From: Felis catus
Lineage: Eukaryota
Assembly (NCBI RefSeq): GCF_018350175.1
Contig: NC_058369.1
Span: 6,760,001-6,824,000 of the forward strand
Reading direction: 5' to 3'
Length of the DNA: 64,000 nucleotides
Positions 37,411 to 49,950 of the stretch are shown here, one piece after another. The first letter of the stretch is position 1. Each line of letters opens with the position of its first letter. Both the position numbers and the translations under genes were made by a program. The notes under the pieces were generated by a model that was given only the letters and a program-made list of their open reading frames with translations, had not been told where the DNA came from and did no database searches.

Positions 37411-38244
37411 AAAATAATAAGAGGCTTAAATCTCCCTGTCTCCCAGTCTTTGTGGGAGGGTAGGGGACTAACTTCAGTGGGTACCCTGCTCCAAATTTCA
37501 AAATCACGTCCTGTCATTAAGATAGAAGTTTGGTCTTCTTGTGGATAGAGTCAGGGAGTGTAGATGGTCACCCCAATTACCAGGGTGAATCTCAGATGAC
37601 TTAAGTGTAATAAATGGTGTTCCAAGTCTTCTGGGTTGAGGACTAATTATCGTTTTTCTTGAAACCATCTGGGTATAGTTGCATGTTTTGGCTCTGTAGA
37701 AAGGTAGAGTTCCTTTCTGCCATGCATTCAGTCTCTGAGCTGATTGCCTGTTAAGTGCACCACATTCTGGTTTAATGCTTATGATTTAATGGGGTTTTTA
37801 AAATTATATTTCCCCAAAATCTGCATGTCACTTCCTACTTTTTTCTAAGCTATACAGCCGGCCAGGATGGCCCAGTTTGTTATAATTTCATAGCAACGTA
37901 GTGGGCTCTGACATCAATGCTGTGTTCAAATCCTGTGCGGGTCTGGACGAGGCATTCAACTGCTCTGTGTCCGTGTTTCCCCTTTGGTAAATCAGAGTAT
38001 GATAACACCTGTTTCTGAGGGTCATTGGCAAGACCAAATGGCCAAAAGGCTTAGTTAGCACAAATCCCAGCACAAAGCAAACAGTTTTAGTTAATCATAA
38101 TACCACCATGCTTTTAGGATTGCTTGTGCTTACTGGGTTAGCACCATTTCAAACTCCAGTATTAATAACAATGGAATGATGTGCACATTCTCAACAAAAA
38201 CTAACATTTAGTTTTGGCCAATATGGCAGACACCGGACTAATTC

Positions 38245-38490
38245 CTTTTTTTTAAAGCAATTCTGGGGGCGCCTGGGTGGCGCAGTCGGTTAAGCGTCCG
38301 ACTTCAGCCAGGTCACGATCTCGCGGTCCATGAGTTCGAGCCCCACGTCGGGCTCTGGGCTGATGGCTCAGAGCCTGGAGCCTGTTTCCGATTCTGTGTC
38401 TCCCTCTCTCTCTGCCCCTCCCCTGTTCATGCTCTGTCTCTCTCTGTCCCAAAAATAAATAAACGTTGAAAAAAAATTAAAAAAAAAAAA
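38245..38490 (+). mobile_element. Young SINEC_Fc-type copy
   Basis: TSD aaagcaattctgg. Confidence 0.93.
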
Positions 38491-38755
38491 GCAATTCTGG
38501 TAGAATACACATGACATCAAATTTGTTACCTTAACCACGCTGGAGTGTCCAGTCCAATGGTGTTAAACACATTCATATAGTTGTACAAACACCACTATCA
38601 TCCACATCTCTAGAACTTTTTTGTCATTGCAAACTGAAACTCTGCCCCCATTAAGTATTGACTCCCCACCCCCCCAGCCCAGCCCCTGGCTCCCAGCATC
38701 TACTTTCTGTCTCTATGAATGTTGCCCTTGTAGGGTCTTCATGTAAGTACATTCC

Positions 38756-38970
38756 TTTTTAAAAATTTTTTTTTAATGTTTGTTTATTTTTGAGAGACAG
38801 AGACAGCAAGCAGGGAGGGGCAAAGAGAGAGGGAGACACAGAATCCGAAGCAGGCTCCAGGCTCTGAGCTGTCAGCACAGGACCCAACGCAGGGCTCGAA
38901 CTCATGGACTGTGAGATCATGGCCTGAGCAGAAGTTGGATGCCCAACCCACTGAGCCACCCAGGTGCCCC
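38756..38970 (-). mobile_element. Can-SINE
   Basis: Canonical structure. Confidence 0.9.
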
Positions 38971-40007
38971 AGGTCTGTTTTGTTGTTGTTGTTGTTGTTG
39001 TTTGTTTGTTTGTCTCTTGCTTTCTTTGTTCATTTCTGTTGTTTCTTAAATTCTACATATGAGTGAAATCATATGGTATTTGAGAAGCGGCAAGATGGCG
39101 GCTTAGGAGGACGCTGGGCTCACCACGTCCTGCTGATCACTTAGATTCCACCTACACCTGCCTAAATAACCCAGAAAACCGCCAGAGGATTAGCAGAACG
39201 GAGTCGCTGGAGCCAAACGCAGACGAGAGGCCCACGGAAGAGGGTAGGAAGGGCTGCGAGGCGGTGCGCGCTCCACGGACTGGCGGGAGGGAGCCGGGGT
39301 GGAGGGGCGGCTCGCCGGCCAAGCAGAGCCCCCGAGTCTGGCTTGCAAAAGCGGAGGGGCCTGACGGACTGTGTTCCCACAACAAGCGCGACTTAGCGTC
39401 TGGGAGGTCATAAGTTAACAGCTCTGCTCGGAAAGCGGGAAGACTGGAGGACAAAGGGAGGGAGAGCTGCTGAGCCCCCTGACTACAGAGCTCAGCTTGG
39501 TGGGGAACAAAGGCGCTCGCCAGCGCCATCTCCCCCGCCCATCCCCCGGCCAAAATCCCAAAGAGAATCAGTTCCTGCCAGGGAACTTGCTCGCTCCGCG
39601 CAAACACCCAACTCTGTGCTTCTGCGGAGCCAAACCTCCGGCAGCGGATCTGACTCCCTCCCGCTGCCACAGGGCCCCTCCTGAAGAGGATCACCTAAGG
39701 AGAAGCGATCTAAGCCTGCCCCTCCTACCCCCGTGCACCTTGCCTACCCACCCCAGCTAATACGCCAGATCCCCAGCATCACAAGCCTGGCAGTGTGCAA
39801 GTAGCCCAGACGGGCCACACCACCCCACAGTGAATCCCGCCCCTAGGAGAGGGGAAGAGAAGGCACACACCAGTCTGACTGTGGCCCCAGCGGTGGGCTG
39901 GGGGCAGACATCAGGTCTGACTGCGGCCCCGCCCACCAACTCCAGTTATACACCACAACACAGGGGAAGGGCCCTGCAGGTCCTCACCACGCCAGGGACT
40001 ATCCAAA

Positions 40008-40901
40008 ATGACCAAGCGGAAGAATTCCCCTCAGAAGAATCTCCAGGAAATAACAACAGCTAATGAGCTGATCAAAAAGGATTTAAATAATATAACAGAA
40101 AGTGAATTTAGAATAATAGTCATAAAATTAATCGCTGGGCTTGAAAACAGTATACAGGACAGCAGAGAATCTCTTGCTACAGAGATCAAGGGACTAAGGA
40201 ACAGTCACGAGGAGCTGAAAAACGCTTTAAACGAAATGCATAACAAAATGGAAACCACCACAGCTCGGCTTGAAGAGGCAGAGGAGAGAATAGGTGAACT
40301 AGAGGATAAAGTTATGGAAAAAGAGGAAGCTGAGAAAAAGAGAGATAAAAAAATCCAGGAGTATGAGGGGAAAATTAGAGAACTAAGTGATACACTAAAA
40401 AGAAATAATATACACATAATTGGTATCCCAGAGGATGAAGAGAGAGGGAAAGGTGCTGAAGGGGTACTTGAAGAAATAATAGCTGAGAACTTCCCTGAAC
40501 TGGGGAAGGAAAAAGGCATTGAAATCCAAGAGGCACAGAGAACTCCCTTCAGACGTAACTTGAATCGATCTTCTGCACGACATATCATAGTGAAACTGGC
40601 AAAATACAAGGATAAAGAGAAAATTCTGAAAGCAGCAAGGGGTAAACGTGCCCTCACATATAAAGGGAGACCTATAAGACTCGTGACTGATCTCTCTTTT
40701 GAAACTTGGCAGGCCAGAAAGAATTGGCACGAGATTTTCAGGGTGCTAGACAGAAAAAATATGCAGCCGAGAATCCTTTACCCAGGAAGTCTGTCATTTA
40801 GAATAGAAGGAGAGATAAAGGTTTTCCCAAACAAACAAAAACTGAAGGAATTTGTCACCACTAAACCAGCCCTACAAGAGATCCTAAGGGGGACCCTGTG
40901 A
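40008..40901 (+). CDS. L1 ORF1p (297 aa, intact)
   Basis: Coiled-coil region plus ORF1-type motifs RNNIHIIGIPE, RHIIVKL and ILYPGSLSF. Confidence 0.93.
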   Translation: MTKRKNSPQKNLQEITTANELIKKDLNNITESEFRIIVIKLIAGLENSIQDSRESLATEIKGLRNSHEELKNALNEMHNKMETTTARLEEAEERIGELEDKVMEKEEAEKKRDKKIQEYEGKIRELSDTLKRNNIHIIGIPEDEERGKGAEGVLEEIIAENFPELGKEKGIEIQEAQRTPFRRNLNRSSARHIIVKLAKYKDKEKILKAARGKRALTYKGRPIRLVTDLSFETWQARKNWHEIFRVLDRKNMQPRILYPGSLSFRIEGEIKVFPNKQKLKEFVTTKPALQEILRGTL

Positions 40902-40951
40902 GACAAAGTCCCAGAGACATCACTACAAGCATAAAACATACAGACATCACA

Positions 40952-43900
40952 ATGACTCTCAACCCGTATCTTTCTATAATAACACTGAATGTAAATGGAT
41001 TAAATGCACCAACCAAAAGACACAGGGTATCAGAATGGATAAAAAAACAAGACCCATCTATTTTCTGTCTACAAGAGACTCATTTTAGACCTGAGGACAC
41101 CTTTAGATTGAGAGTGAGGGGATGGAGAACTATTTATCATGCGACTGGAAGCCAAAAGAAAGCTGGAGTAGCCATACTTATATCAGACAAACTAGACTTT
41201 AAATTAAAGGCTGTAACAAGAGATGAAGAAGGACATTATATAATAGTTACAGGGTCTATCCATCAGGAAGAGCTAACAATTATAAATGTCTATGCGCCGA
41301 ATACCGGAGCCCCCAAATATATAAAACAATTACTCATAAACATAAGCAACCTTATTGATAAGAATGTGGTAATTGCAGGGGACTTTAACACCCCACTTAC
41401 AGAAATGGACAGATCATCTAGACACACGGTCAATAAAGAAACAAGGGCCCTGAATGAGACATTGGATCAGATGGACTTGACAGATATATTTAGAACGCTG
41501 CATCCCAAAGCAACAGAATATACTTTCTTCTTGAGAGCACATGGAACATTCTCCAAGATAGATCATATACTGGGTCACAAAACAGCCCTTCATAAGTATA
41601 CAAGAATTGAAATTATACCATGCATACTTTCAGACCACAATGCTATGAAGCTTGAAATCAACCACAGGAAAAAGTCTGGAAAACCTCCAAAGGCATGGAG
41701 GTTAAAGAACACCCTACTAACGAATGAGTGGGTCAACCAGGCAATTAGAGAAGAAATTAAAAAATATATGGAAACAAACGAAAATGAAAATACAACAATC
41801 CAAACGCTTTGGGACGCAGCAAAGGCAGTCCTGAGAGGAAAATACATTGCAATCCAGGCCTATCTCAAGAAACAAGAAAAATCCCAAATACAAAATCTAA
41901 CAGCACACCTAAAGGAACTAGAAGCAGAACAGCAAAGGCAGCCTAAACCCAGCAGAAGAAGAGAAATAATAAAGATCAGAGCAGAAATAAACAACATAGA
42001 ATCTAAAAAAACTGTAGAGCAGATCAACGAAACCAAGAGTTGGTTTTTTCGAAAAAATAAACAAAATTGACAAGCCTCTAGCCAGGCTTCTCAAAAAGAA
42101 AAGGGAAATGACCCAAATAGATAAAATCATGAATGAAAATGGAATTATTACAACCAATCCCTCAGAGATACAAACAATTATCAGGGAATACTATGAAAAA
42201 TTATATGCCAACAAATTGGACAACCTGGAAGAAATGGACAAATTCCTGAACACCCACACTCTTCCAAAACTCAATCAGGAGGAAATAGAAAGCTTGAACA
42301 GACCCATAACCAGCGAAGAAATTGAATCGGTTATCAAAAATCTCCCAACAAATAAGAGTCCAGGACCAGATGGCTTCCCAGGGGAGTTCTACCAGACATT
42401 TAAAGCAGAGATAATACCTATCCTTCTCAAGCTATTCCAAGAAATAGAAAGGGAAGGAAAACTTCCAGACTCATTCTATGAAGCCAGTATTACTTTGATT
42501 CCTAAACCAGACACAGACCCAGTAAAAAAAGAGAACTACAGGCCAATATCCCTGATGAATATGGATGCAAAAATTCTCAATAAGATACTAGCAAATCGAA
42601 TTCAACGGCATATAAAAAGAATTATTCACCATGATCAAGTGGGATTCATTCCTGGGATGCAGGGCTGGTTCAACATTCGCAAATCAATCAACGTGATACA
42701 TCACATTAACAAAAAAAAAGAGAAGAACCATATGATCCTGTCAATCGATGCAGAAAAGGCCTTTGACAAAATCCAGCACCCTTTCTTAATAAAAACCCTT
42801 GAGAAAGTCGGGATAGAAGGAACATACTTAAAGATCATAAAAGCCATTTATGAAAAGCCCACAGCTAACATCATCCTCAACGGGGAAAAACTGAGAGCTT
42901 TTTCCCTGAGATCAGGAACACGACAAGGATGCCCACTCTCACCGCTGCTGTTTAACATAGTGCTGGAAGTTCTAGCATCAGCAATCAGACAACAAAAGGA
43001 AATCAAAGGCATCAAAATTGGCAAAGACGAAGTCAAGCTTTCGCTTTTTGCAGATGACATGATATTATACATGGAAAATCCGATAGACTCCACCAAAAGT
43101 CTACTAGAACTGATACAGGAATTCAGCAAAGTTGCAGGATACAAAATCAATGTACAGAAATCAGTTGCATTCTTATACACTAACAATGAAGCAACAGAAA
43201 GACAAATAAAGAAACTGATCCCATTCACAATTGCACCAAGAAGCATAAAATACCTAGGAATAAATCTAACCAAAGATGTAAAGGATCTGTATGCTGAAAA
43301 CTATAGAAAGCTTATGAAGGAAATTGAAGAAGATTTAAAGAAATGGAAAGACATTCCCTGCTCATGGATTGGAAAAATAAATATTGTCAAAATGTCAATA
43401 CTACCCAAAGCTATCTACACATTCAATGCAATCCCAATCAAAATTGCACCAGCATTCTTCTCGAAACTAGAATAAGCAATCCTAAAATTCATATGGAACC
43501 ACAAAAGGCCCCGAATAGCCAAAGGAATTTTGAAGAAGAAGACCAAAGCAGGAGGCATCACAATCCCAGACTTTAGCCTCTACTACAAAGCTGTCATCAT
43601 CAAGACAGCATGGTATTGGCACAGAAACAGACACATAGACCAATGGAATAGAATAGAAACCCCAGAACTAGACCCACAAACGTATGGCCAACTCATCTTT
43701 GACAAAGCAGGAAAGAACATCCAATGGAAAAAAGACAGCCTCTTTAACAAATGGTGCTGGGAGAACTGGACAGCTACATGCAGAAGGTTGAAACTAGACC
43801 ACTTTCTCACACCATTCACAAAAATAAACTCCAAATGGATAAAGGACCTAAATGTGAGACAGGAAACCATCAAAACCTTAGAGGAGAAAGCAGGAAAAGA

Positions 43901-44777
43901 CCTCTCTGACCTCAGCCGTAGCAATCTCTTACTCGACACATCCCCAAAGGCAAGGGAATTAAAAGCAAAAGTGAATTACTGGGACCTTATGAAGATAAAA
44001 AGCTTCTGCACAGCAAAGGAAACAACCAACAAAACTAAAAGGCAACCAACAGAATGGGAAAAGATATTCGCAAATGACATATCCGACAAAGGGCTAGTAT
44101 CCAAAATCTATAAAGAGCTCACCAAACTCCACACCCGAAAAACAAATAACCCAGTGAAGAAATGGGCAGAAAACATGAATAGACACTTCTCTAAAGAAGA
44201 CATCCGGATGGCCAACAGGCACATGAAAAGATGTTCAGCGTCGCTCCTTATCAGGCAAATACAAATCAAAACCACACTCAGGTATCACCTCACGCCAGTC
44301 AGAGTGGCCAAAATGAACAAATCAGGAGACTATAGATGCTGGAGAGGATGTGGAGAAACGGGAACCCTCTTGCACTGTTGGTGGGAATGCAAATTGGTGC
44401 AGCCGCTCTGGAAAGCAGTGTGGAGGTTCCTCAGAAAATTAAAAATAGACCTACCCTATGACCCAGCAATAGCACTGCTAGGAATTTATCCAAGGGATAC
44501 AGGAGTACTGATGCATAGGGCCACTTGTACCCCAATGTTCATAGCAGCACTCTCAACAATAGCCAAATTATGGAAAGAGCCTAAATGTCCATCAACTGAT
44601 GAATGGATAAAGAAATTGTGGTTTATATACACAATGGAATATTACGTGGCAATGAGAAAAAATGAAATATGGCCTTTTGTAGCAACGTGGATGGAACTGG
44701 AGAGTGTGATGCTAAGTGAAATAAGCCATACAGAGAAAGACAGATACCATATGGTTTCACTCTTATGTGGACCCTGA
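40952..44777 (+). pseudogene. L1 ORF2 (endonuclease, reverse transcriptase, C-terminal domain), disrupted
   Basis: EN motifs (LNVNGLN, GDFNTPL, SDHN) and RT motifs (QGCPLSP, FADDM). +1 frameshift at about 42044-42050 (TGG TTT TTT C GAA) and TAA at 43473-43475 where Q is expected. Confidence 0.93.
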
Positions 44778-45011
44778 GAAATTAACAGGAACCCATGGGG
44801 GAGGGGAAGGAAAAAAAAAAAAAAAACAGGTTAGAGTGGGAGAGAGCCAAAGCATAAGAGACTCTTAAAAACTGAGAACAAACTGAGGGTTGATGGGGGG
44901 TGGGAGGGAGGAGGGGGTGGGTGATGGGTATTGAGGAGGGCACCTTTTGGGATGAGCACTGGGTGTTGTATGGAAACTAATTTGTCAATAAATTTCATAA
45001 AAAAAAAAAAA

Positions 45012-46803
45012 GAAATCATATGGTATTTGTCTTTCCCTGACTGACTTATTTCACTTAGCATAATACCCTCTAGCTCTGTCCATATCATCACACACAGCAA
45101 AGTTTCATTATTTGCATATCGTTGTCCAGTTTTCCCAGCACCATTGGCTGAAGAGATTGTCTTTTTCCCTTTATACATTCTTGCCTCCTTTTTCATAGAT
45201 TAATTGGCCATAAAAGCACAGGCTTATTTCTGGACTCTCTGTTCTGTTCCATTGATCTATGTGTCTATTTTTATGCCAGGACCATACTGTCTTGATTACT
45301 ATAGCTTTGTAATATTATAGCTTTGTAGTATTGTAGTATTTAGTTCCTAAAGGAACCAGAAAAAGAAAAACAAACAAAACCCAGAGGCAATAGAAGGAAG
45401 GAAATAATAAAGATTGGAAAAATAAATAAATGAAATAGAGACTAAAAAAACAATAGGACAGATCCATGAAACCAGGAGCTGGTTCTTTCAAAAGATCAAC
45501 AAAGTTGATAAATCTTTAGCCAGTCTCATTAAAAAAAATTTTGTAAATTAAAAAAAGAGAGTGAAAGAGAACTCCAAATCAAAAAGGAAAAAGGAAAAAA
45601 TAACAACTGACACCACAGAAATATAAGAGCTCTGTCGGCACAGAGCCCGATGCGGGGCTCGAACTCACAGACTGCGAGATCATGACCTGAGCTGAAGTCA
45701 GACACTTAACCAACTGAGCCACCGAGGTGCCCTGAGAATATATATACCTTTTTAATGTTTATTTATTCTTTGAGAGAGAGAGACAGAGTATGATAGGGGG
45801 AAGGGCAGAGAGGCACACACACACAGAAACTGAGGCAGGATCCAGGCTCTGAGCTGTCAGCACAGAGTCCAACGGGGGGCTCAACCTCACTAACCACTCA
45901 CTAACCACTAACCACAACCTAAGCAGAAGTCAGATGCTTAACTGACTGAGCCATCCAGGTGCCCCAAGAATATTATGAAATATTATATGCCAACAAATTG
46001 GACAGCCTGGAAGAAATGGATAAATTCCTAGAAACAGATAACCTTCCAAAATGGAATCAGGAAGAAATAGAAAATTTTCACCGACCAATTACTAACAATG
46101 AAATTGAATCAGTAATCAAAAAACTCACAACAAACAAAAGTCCAGGACCCAATGCCTTCACAGATGAATTATACCAAACATTTAAAGAAGAGTTAATACC
46201 TATTTCCTCAAACTGTTCCAAAAAAATAAAACAGGAAAGCAAGCTTCCAAATTCATTCTACAAGGCCAGCATTACCCTGATACCCAAACCAGAAAAAGAC
46301 ATTACAAAAAAAGAGACAACTATAGGCCAGTCTCTCTGATGAACATAGATGCAAACATCCTCAACAAAATATTAGCAACTTGAATCCAATGATACATGAA
46401 AAAAATTATTCACCATGATCAAGTGGGATTTATTCCAGGGATGCAAGGGTGGTTCGATATTTGCAAATCAATCAACATGACACATCACATTAACAAGAGA
46501 AAAGATAAAAACCATATGATCATCTCAATAGATGCAGAAAAAGCATTTGACAAAGTATATCCATTTGTGACAAAACGTTCAACAAATTAGGTTTAGGGGG
46601 CACATATCTCAACACAATAAAGTCCATATATGAAAAACCTACAGCTAACATACTCAACAGTAAAAAATTGAAAGACATCATCCAGTCTCATAACTTTTAT
46701 TTAACATAGTACTAGAAGTCCAAGCCACAGCAATCAGACAAGAAAAAGAAATAAAAGGTATCCAAATTGGTAAGGAAGAAGTAAAACTTTCACTGTCTGC
46801 AGA
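45012..46803. mobile_element. Older L1 with inverted segments (antisense 3' part ~38975-39082 and 45012-45335; sense ORF2 piece 45345-46803), interrupted by SINEs
   Basis: Degenerate ORF2 peptides ([39 protein letters not shown]) on +, next to antisense L1 3' sequence. Confidence 0.8.
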
Positions 46804-46820
46804 ATCAGAACTGCAGGATC

Positions 46821-46945
46821 AGGGGTGTCTGGGTGGCTCAGTCAGTTACGCATCAGTCTTGATTTCGGCTTAGGTCATGATCTCACAGTTTCATGAGTTT
46901 GAGCCCCACGTTGGGCTCTGTGCTGATGTGTGGAACCTGCTTGGG

Positions 46946-47003
<58 letters not shown>

Positions 47004-47557
47004 CCCCACCCCTTCTCTGATTATGCTCTGTCTCTGCCTCTCTCAAAATAAATAAATAAACTTAAAAAAGAAAGAACTGCAGATCATATGGTAATTCTAG
47101 TTTTAATATTTTGAGGAACCACCATATAATTTTCCATAGTGGCCACCCTATTTTACATTCTCATCAGCACAAGGACTCCAGATTCTCCTTAGGAACACTT
47201 TTTTCTTTTATAATGTATGTATTTATTTTTAGAGTAGTCATCTGAATGGATGTGAAGTAGAGGGCTAATTCTTTGTAAACCATGCCACCCCTCTCTGGAC
47301 CTACTGTCCCAGAAGCCGTGTTTTCATAAGCCCTCTAGGGTGGGGCGCCTGGGTGGCTCAGTAGGTTTGAGTGTCTGACTTTGGCTCAGGTCACGATCAC
47401 ACGGTTCATGAGTTCGAGCCCTGCATCGGGCTCTGTGCTGACAGCTCAGAGCCTGAAGCCTGCTTCGGATTCTGTGTCTCCCTCTCTCTGTCCCTCCCCT
47501 GTTCACACTGTCTTTCTCTCTCTCTCAAAAATAAAATAAACATTAAAAAAATAAAAA
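46821..47557 (+). mobile_element. Two Can-SINEs (46821-47070, 47342-47557) flanking an antisense L1 fragment
   Basis: Canonical heads and tails. Confidence 0.88.
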
Positions 47558-47939
47558 GCCCTCTGGTGGCTCTCATGCCCTCCAGTCTGAGAACCACTGG
47601 AGTAAAGAGGGTCCTTCTCTCCCTCACTTCATCTATCTCTCTGCAAATGTGGGTCCTGGGGGTGGTGGGTGGGTAGACTCCTTTGACTTAAATCTCACCC
47701 CCCAGGACTGGGACCCCTAGCACCTGCCTCTGGCTGGGCCAGTGAAAGAGGCTGTCTGCCAGCCAAGCCTTCTTCTAGGGCTCACTAGAAACCCCTCCTC
47801 CTTGGGGAAGGCTCCCCACCCACCCCACACTCAGCATACCTCTGCTCCTCCCCTGTTCACACTCTGTCTCTCTGTCTCCATCTCTGTCTCTGTCTCTCTC
47901 CCAAAAATAAATAAACATTAAAAAAAATTTAAAAAGTAA

Positions 47940-48185
47940 AAAGCTGAAGGCAGAGGTTGGAGGGAGACTTCCAGAAACCAGAGAATGCTGAAGATTGCCT
48001 GCCAACGACCCAAAGCTAGAAGCCCTAGAACAGCTTCTCCCTCTGAGGCCCTTAAGAAGGAACCAGCTTTGCCAACACCTTGATCTCAGGCTTCTGGCCT
48101 CCAGAACTATGAGACAGTGAGTTTCTGTGGTTTCAACGGCCTAAACTGTGGCACTTTGCTATGACGGCCCCAGAAAACTCTGACA
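47940..48185 (+). mobile_element. MLT1-like LTR fragment
   Basis: gccaacaccttgatctcaggcttctggcctccagaactatgaga. Confidence 0.7.
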
Positions 48186-49143
48186 ACTTCCAAAACGCTT
48201 ATCTTTCCGACTGCCCTTGTTGTGAGGGTCATGGGCTGGCTGTGTCCTCAGAGCCTGCAAAGGTGCACAGCAGGGACTCAGCAGGCAAATGTCCATCGAG
48301 TAACTGGGTGACCTGGCCCCGCCTCTCCTGCTGTGTGGTCCTGGGCAAATTCTGACCTCCCTAAACCTCAGTTTTCTCCTCATTAGAATGGAGTCATCAG
48401 ATAAACTGAATCTCTAAGCTCCATGTGTGATCATAAATCCTACGGGCTGTTTCTCCTCAAGCCTCAAGCCCCAAGCCCCCTCTCCACCCATGCATGCCCT
48501 TTCCCCTTCACAATAGTACTGCATCTACTCACTGACCTTTCACCATGCCAGATATTGTCTCCATGACCCCATTGAGTCCTCCTAACATGCCCTACAAACT
48601 GTGCTGTTCTCACCATCATGTCTGTTTCACAGATGGAAAAACTGAGTCCCAGACGGGCTAAGTCAAGTGGCTTCAGGAATCACAGCCAGTGAATGTGAAG
48701 GTGGGTTCAACGCCCAACCCAAGCCTTCGGCCACCATGCTTCCCACCTCCAGCCAGACTAAACTAGGTTACGAGATGAATATTTATGAAGGGCCTACTAT
48801 GTGCAGGCAACATTCCAGGCACTGGGGGCAAATCAGGGAACACAACAGTGTCACGGCCCTCATGGGGCTCACAGGCTAGAGGGGGAGATAGACAAACAAG
48901 TAAATAAGTAATGGTGGAATACAATGACAGGTACAGAGCAGGAGAGTAAGGGGAGAAAGGGAGGGAGAGTGGTCTCTTGGTGAGATGTTTAGAAACATGA
49001 AAGAGGAAGAGGTTGGGCAGAGACCAGACAGCAAAGGGAGACCAGAGCCGCTGACACTCAGGGCCGCCTGAGAATGAGCCCCAGGCCCTTCTGCACCCAT
49101 GTCCCCTCTTTCCCAGAGGATCAGGATCAGGAGAGGCCCTTAC

Positions 49144-49225
49144 CTGTGGGCAGCAGGGATCTGAGTGCCAGCAGTACCAGGAGCCAATGCTGGCCTCCAG
49201 GGGGGCCCTGCCATGGGCCAGCCAT
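49144..49225 (-). CDS. Distal signal-peptide first coding exon (MAGPWQGPPGGQHWLLVLLALRSLLPT-G); alternative MUC16 exon 1 or start of a paralogous mucin-like gene
   Basis: 27 codons + 1 nt, hydrophobic core WLLVLLAL, donor CAG|GTAAGG, same phase as and similar in sequence to the 7816-7903 exon. Confidence 0.62.
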
Positions 49226-49719
49226 TCAAGGCATCAGGAAAGCGTGGGGGCCACTCCTTGTCCTTGGTGCAGCCTCCAAGCCAAGCCCACTGACATGACC
49301 AGTACCCCTACTCCGGGGCCCAGCGGCCAGGTGGCTGAGCTCCCGCAGGTATCATATGCCCAGCTGGCCTAATCCCTCTGAGTCTGGGTGGGGCTGGGAA
49401 GGGCCCCTTCATCTGTTCCCAGGCCCCGATTGGCTCCCTGGGCCCTTGGTTCAGCCTGTGTGGTTCCCAGGAAGACAGGGACCCATGGGCAAGGGAGGCA
49501 GGGGAAGGTCACAGGCTCACCTCCGGGGTCAGAAAAGGCTGCCCCAGGCAGTGACTCCCTGGTGCAGTCCCCATACCCAACGTCATGACTTTCAGGGGCC
49601 ACAGGAACTTCTGCCTTTCAGCCTCCTCCTCCAATAACAAAATATTTTTTTTAATTATATCTTTCAACTGCTTTGGTATAAAGGTAAATGTCATTCGCAG
49701 TATCTTTTTCCCCCTTCTG

Positions 49720-49743
49720 ATTTTTTTATGTTTATTTATTTTT

Positions 49744-49786
<43 letters not shown>

Positions 49787-49950
49787 CATGAGTGGGGGAG
49801 GGGCAGAGAGAGGAGACACAGAATCTGAAGCAGGCTCCAGGCTCTGAGCTGTCAGCACAGAGCCTGACGCGGGGCTCGAACTCACGGACCGCGAGATCAT
49901 GACCTGAGCCGAAGTCAGATGTTCAACTGACTGAGCCACCCAGGCGCCCC
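49720..49950 (-). mobile_element. Can-SINE
   Basis: TSD cccttctgatttt. Confidence 0.92.

Larger units (their letters stand above)
39083..45011 (+). mobile_element. Full-length young feline LINE-1 (about 5.9 kb)
   Basis: CpG-rich 5' UTR with YY1-like CAAGATGGCG, ORF1, ORF2, G-rich 3' UTR, AATAAA and poly(A). TSD GAAATCATATGGTATTTG at 39065-39082 and 45012-45029. Confidence 0.97.
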
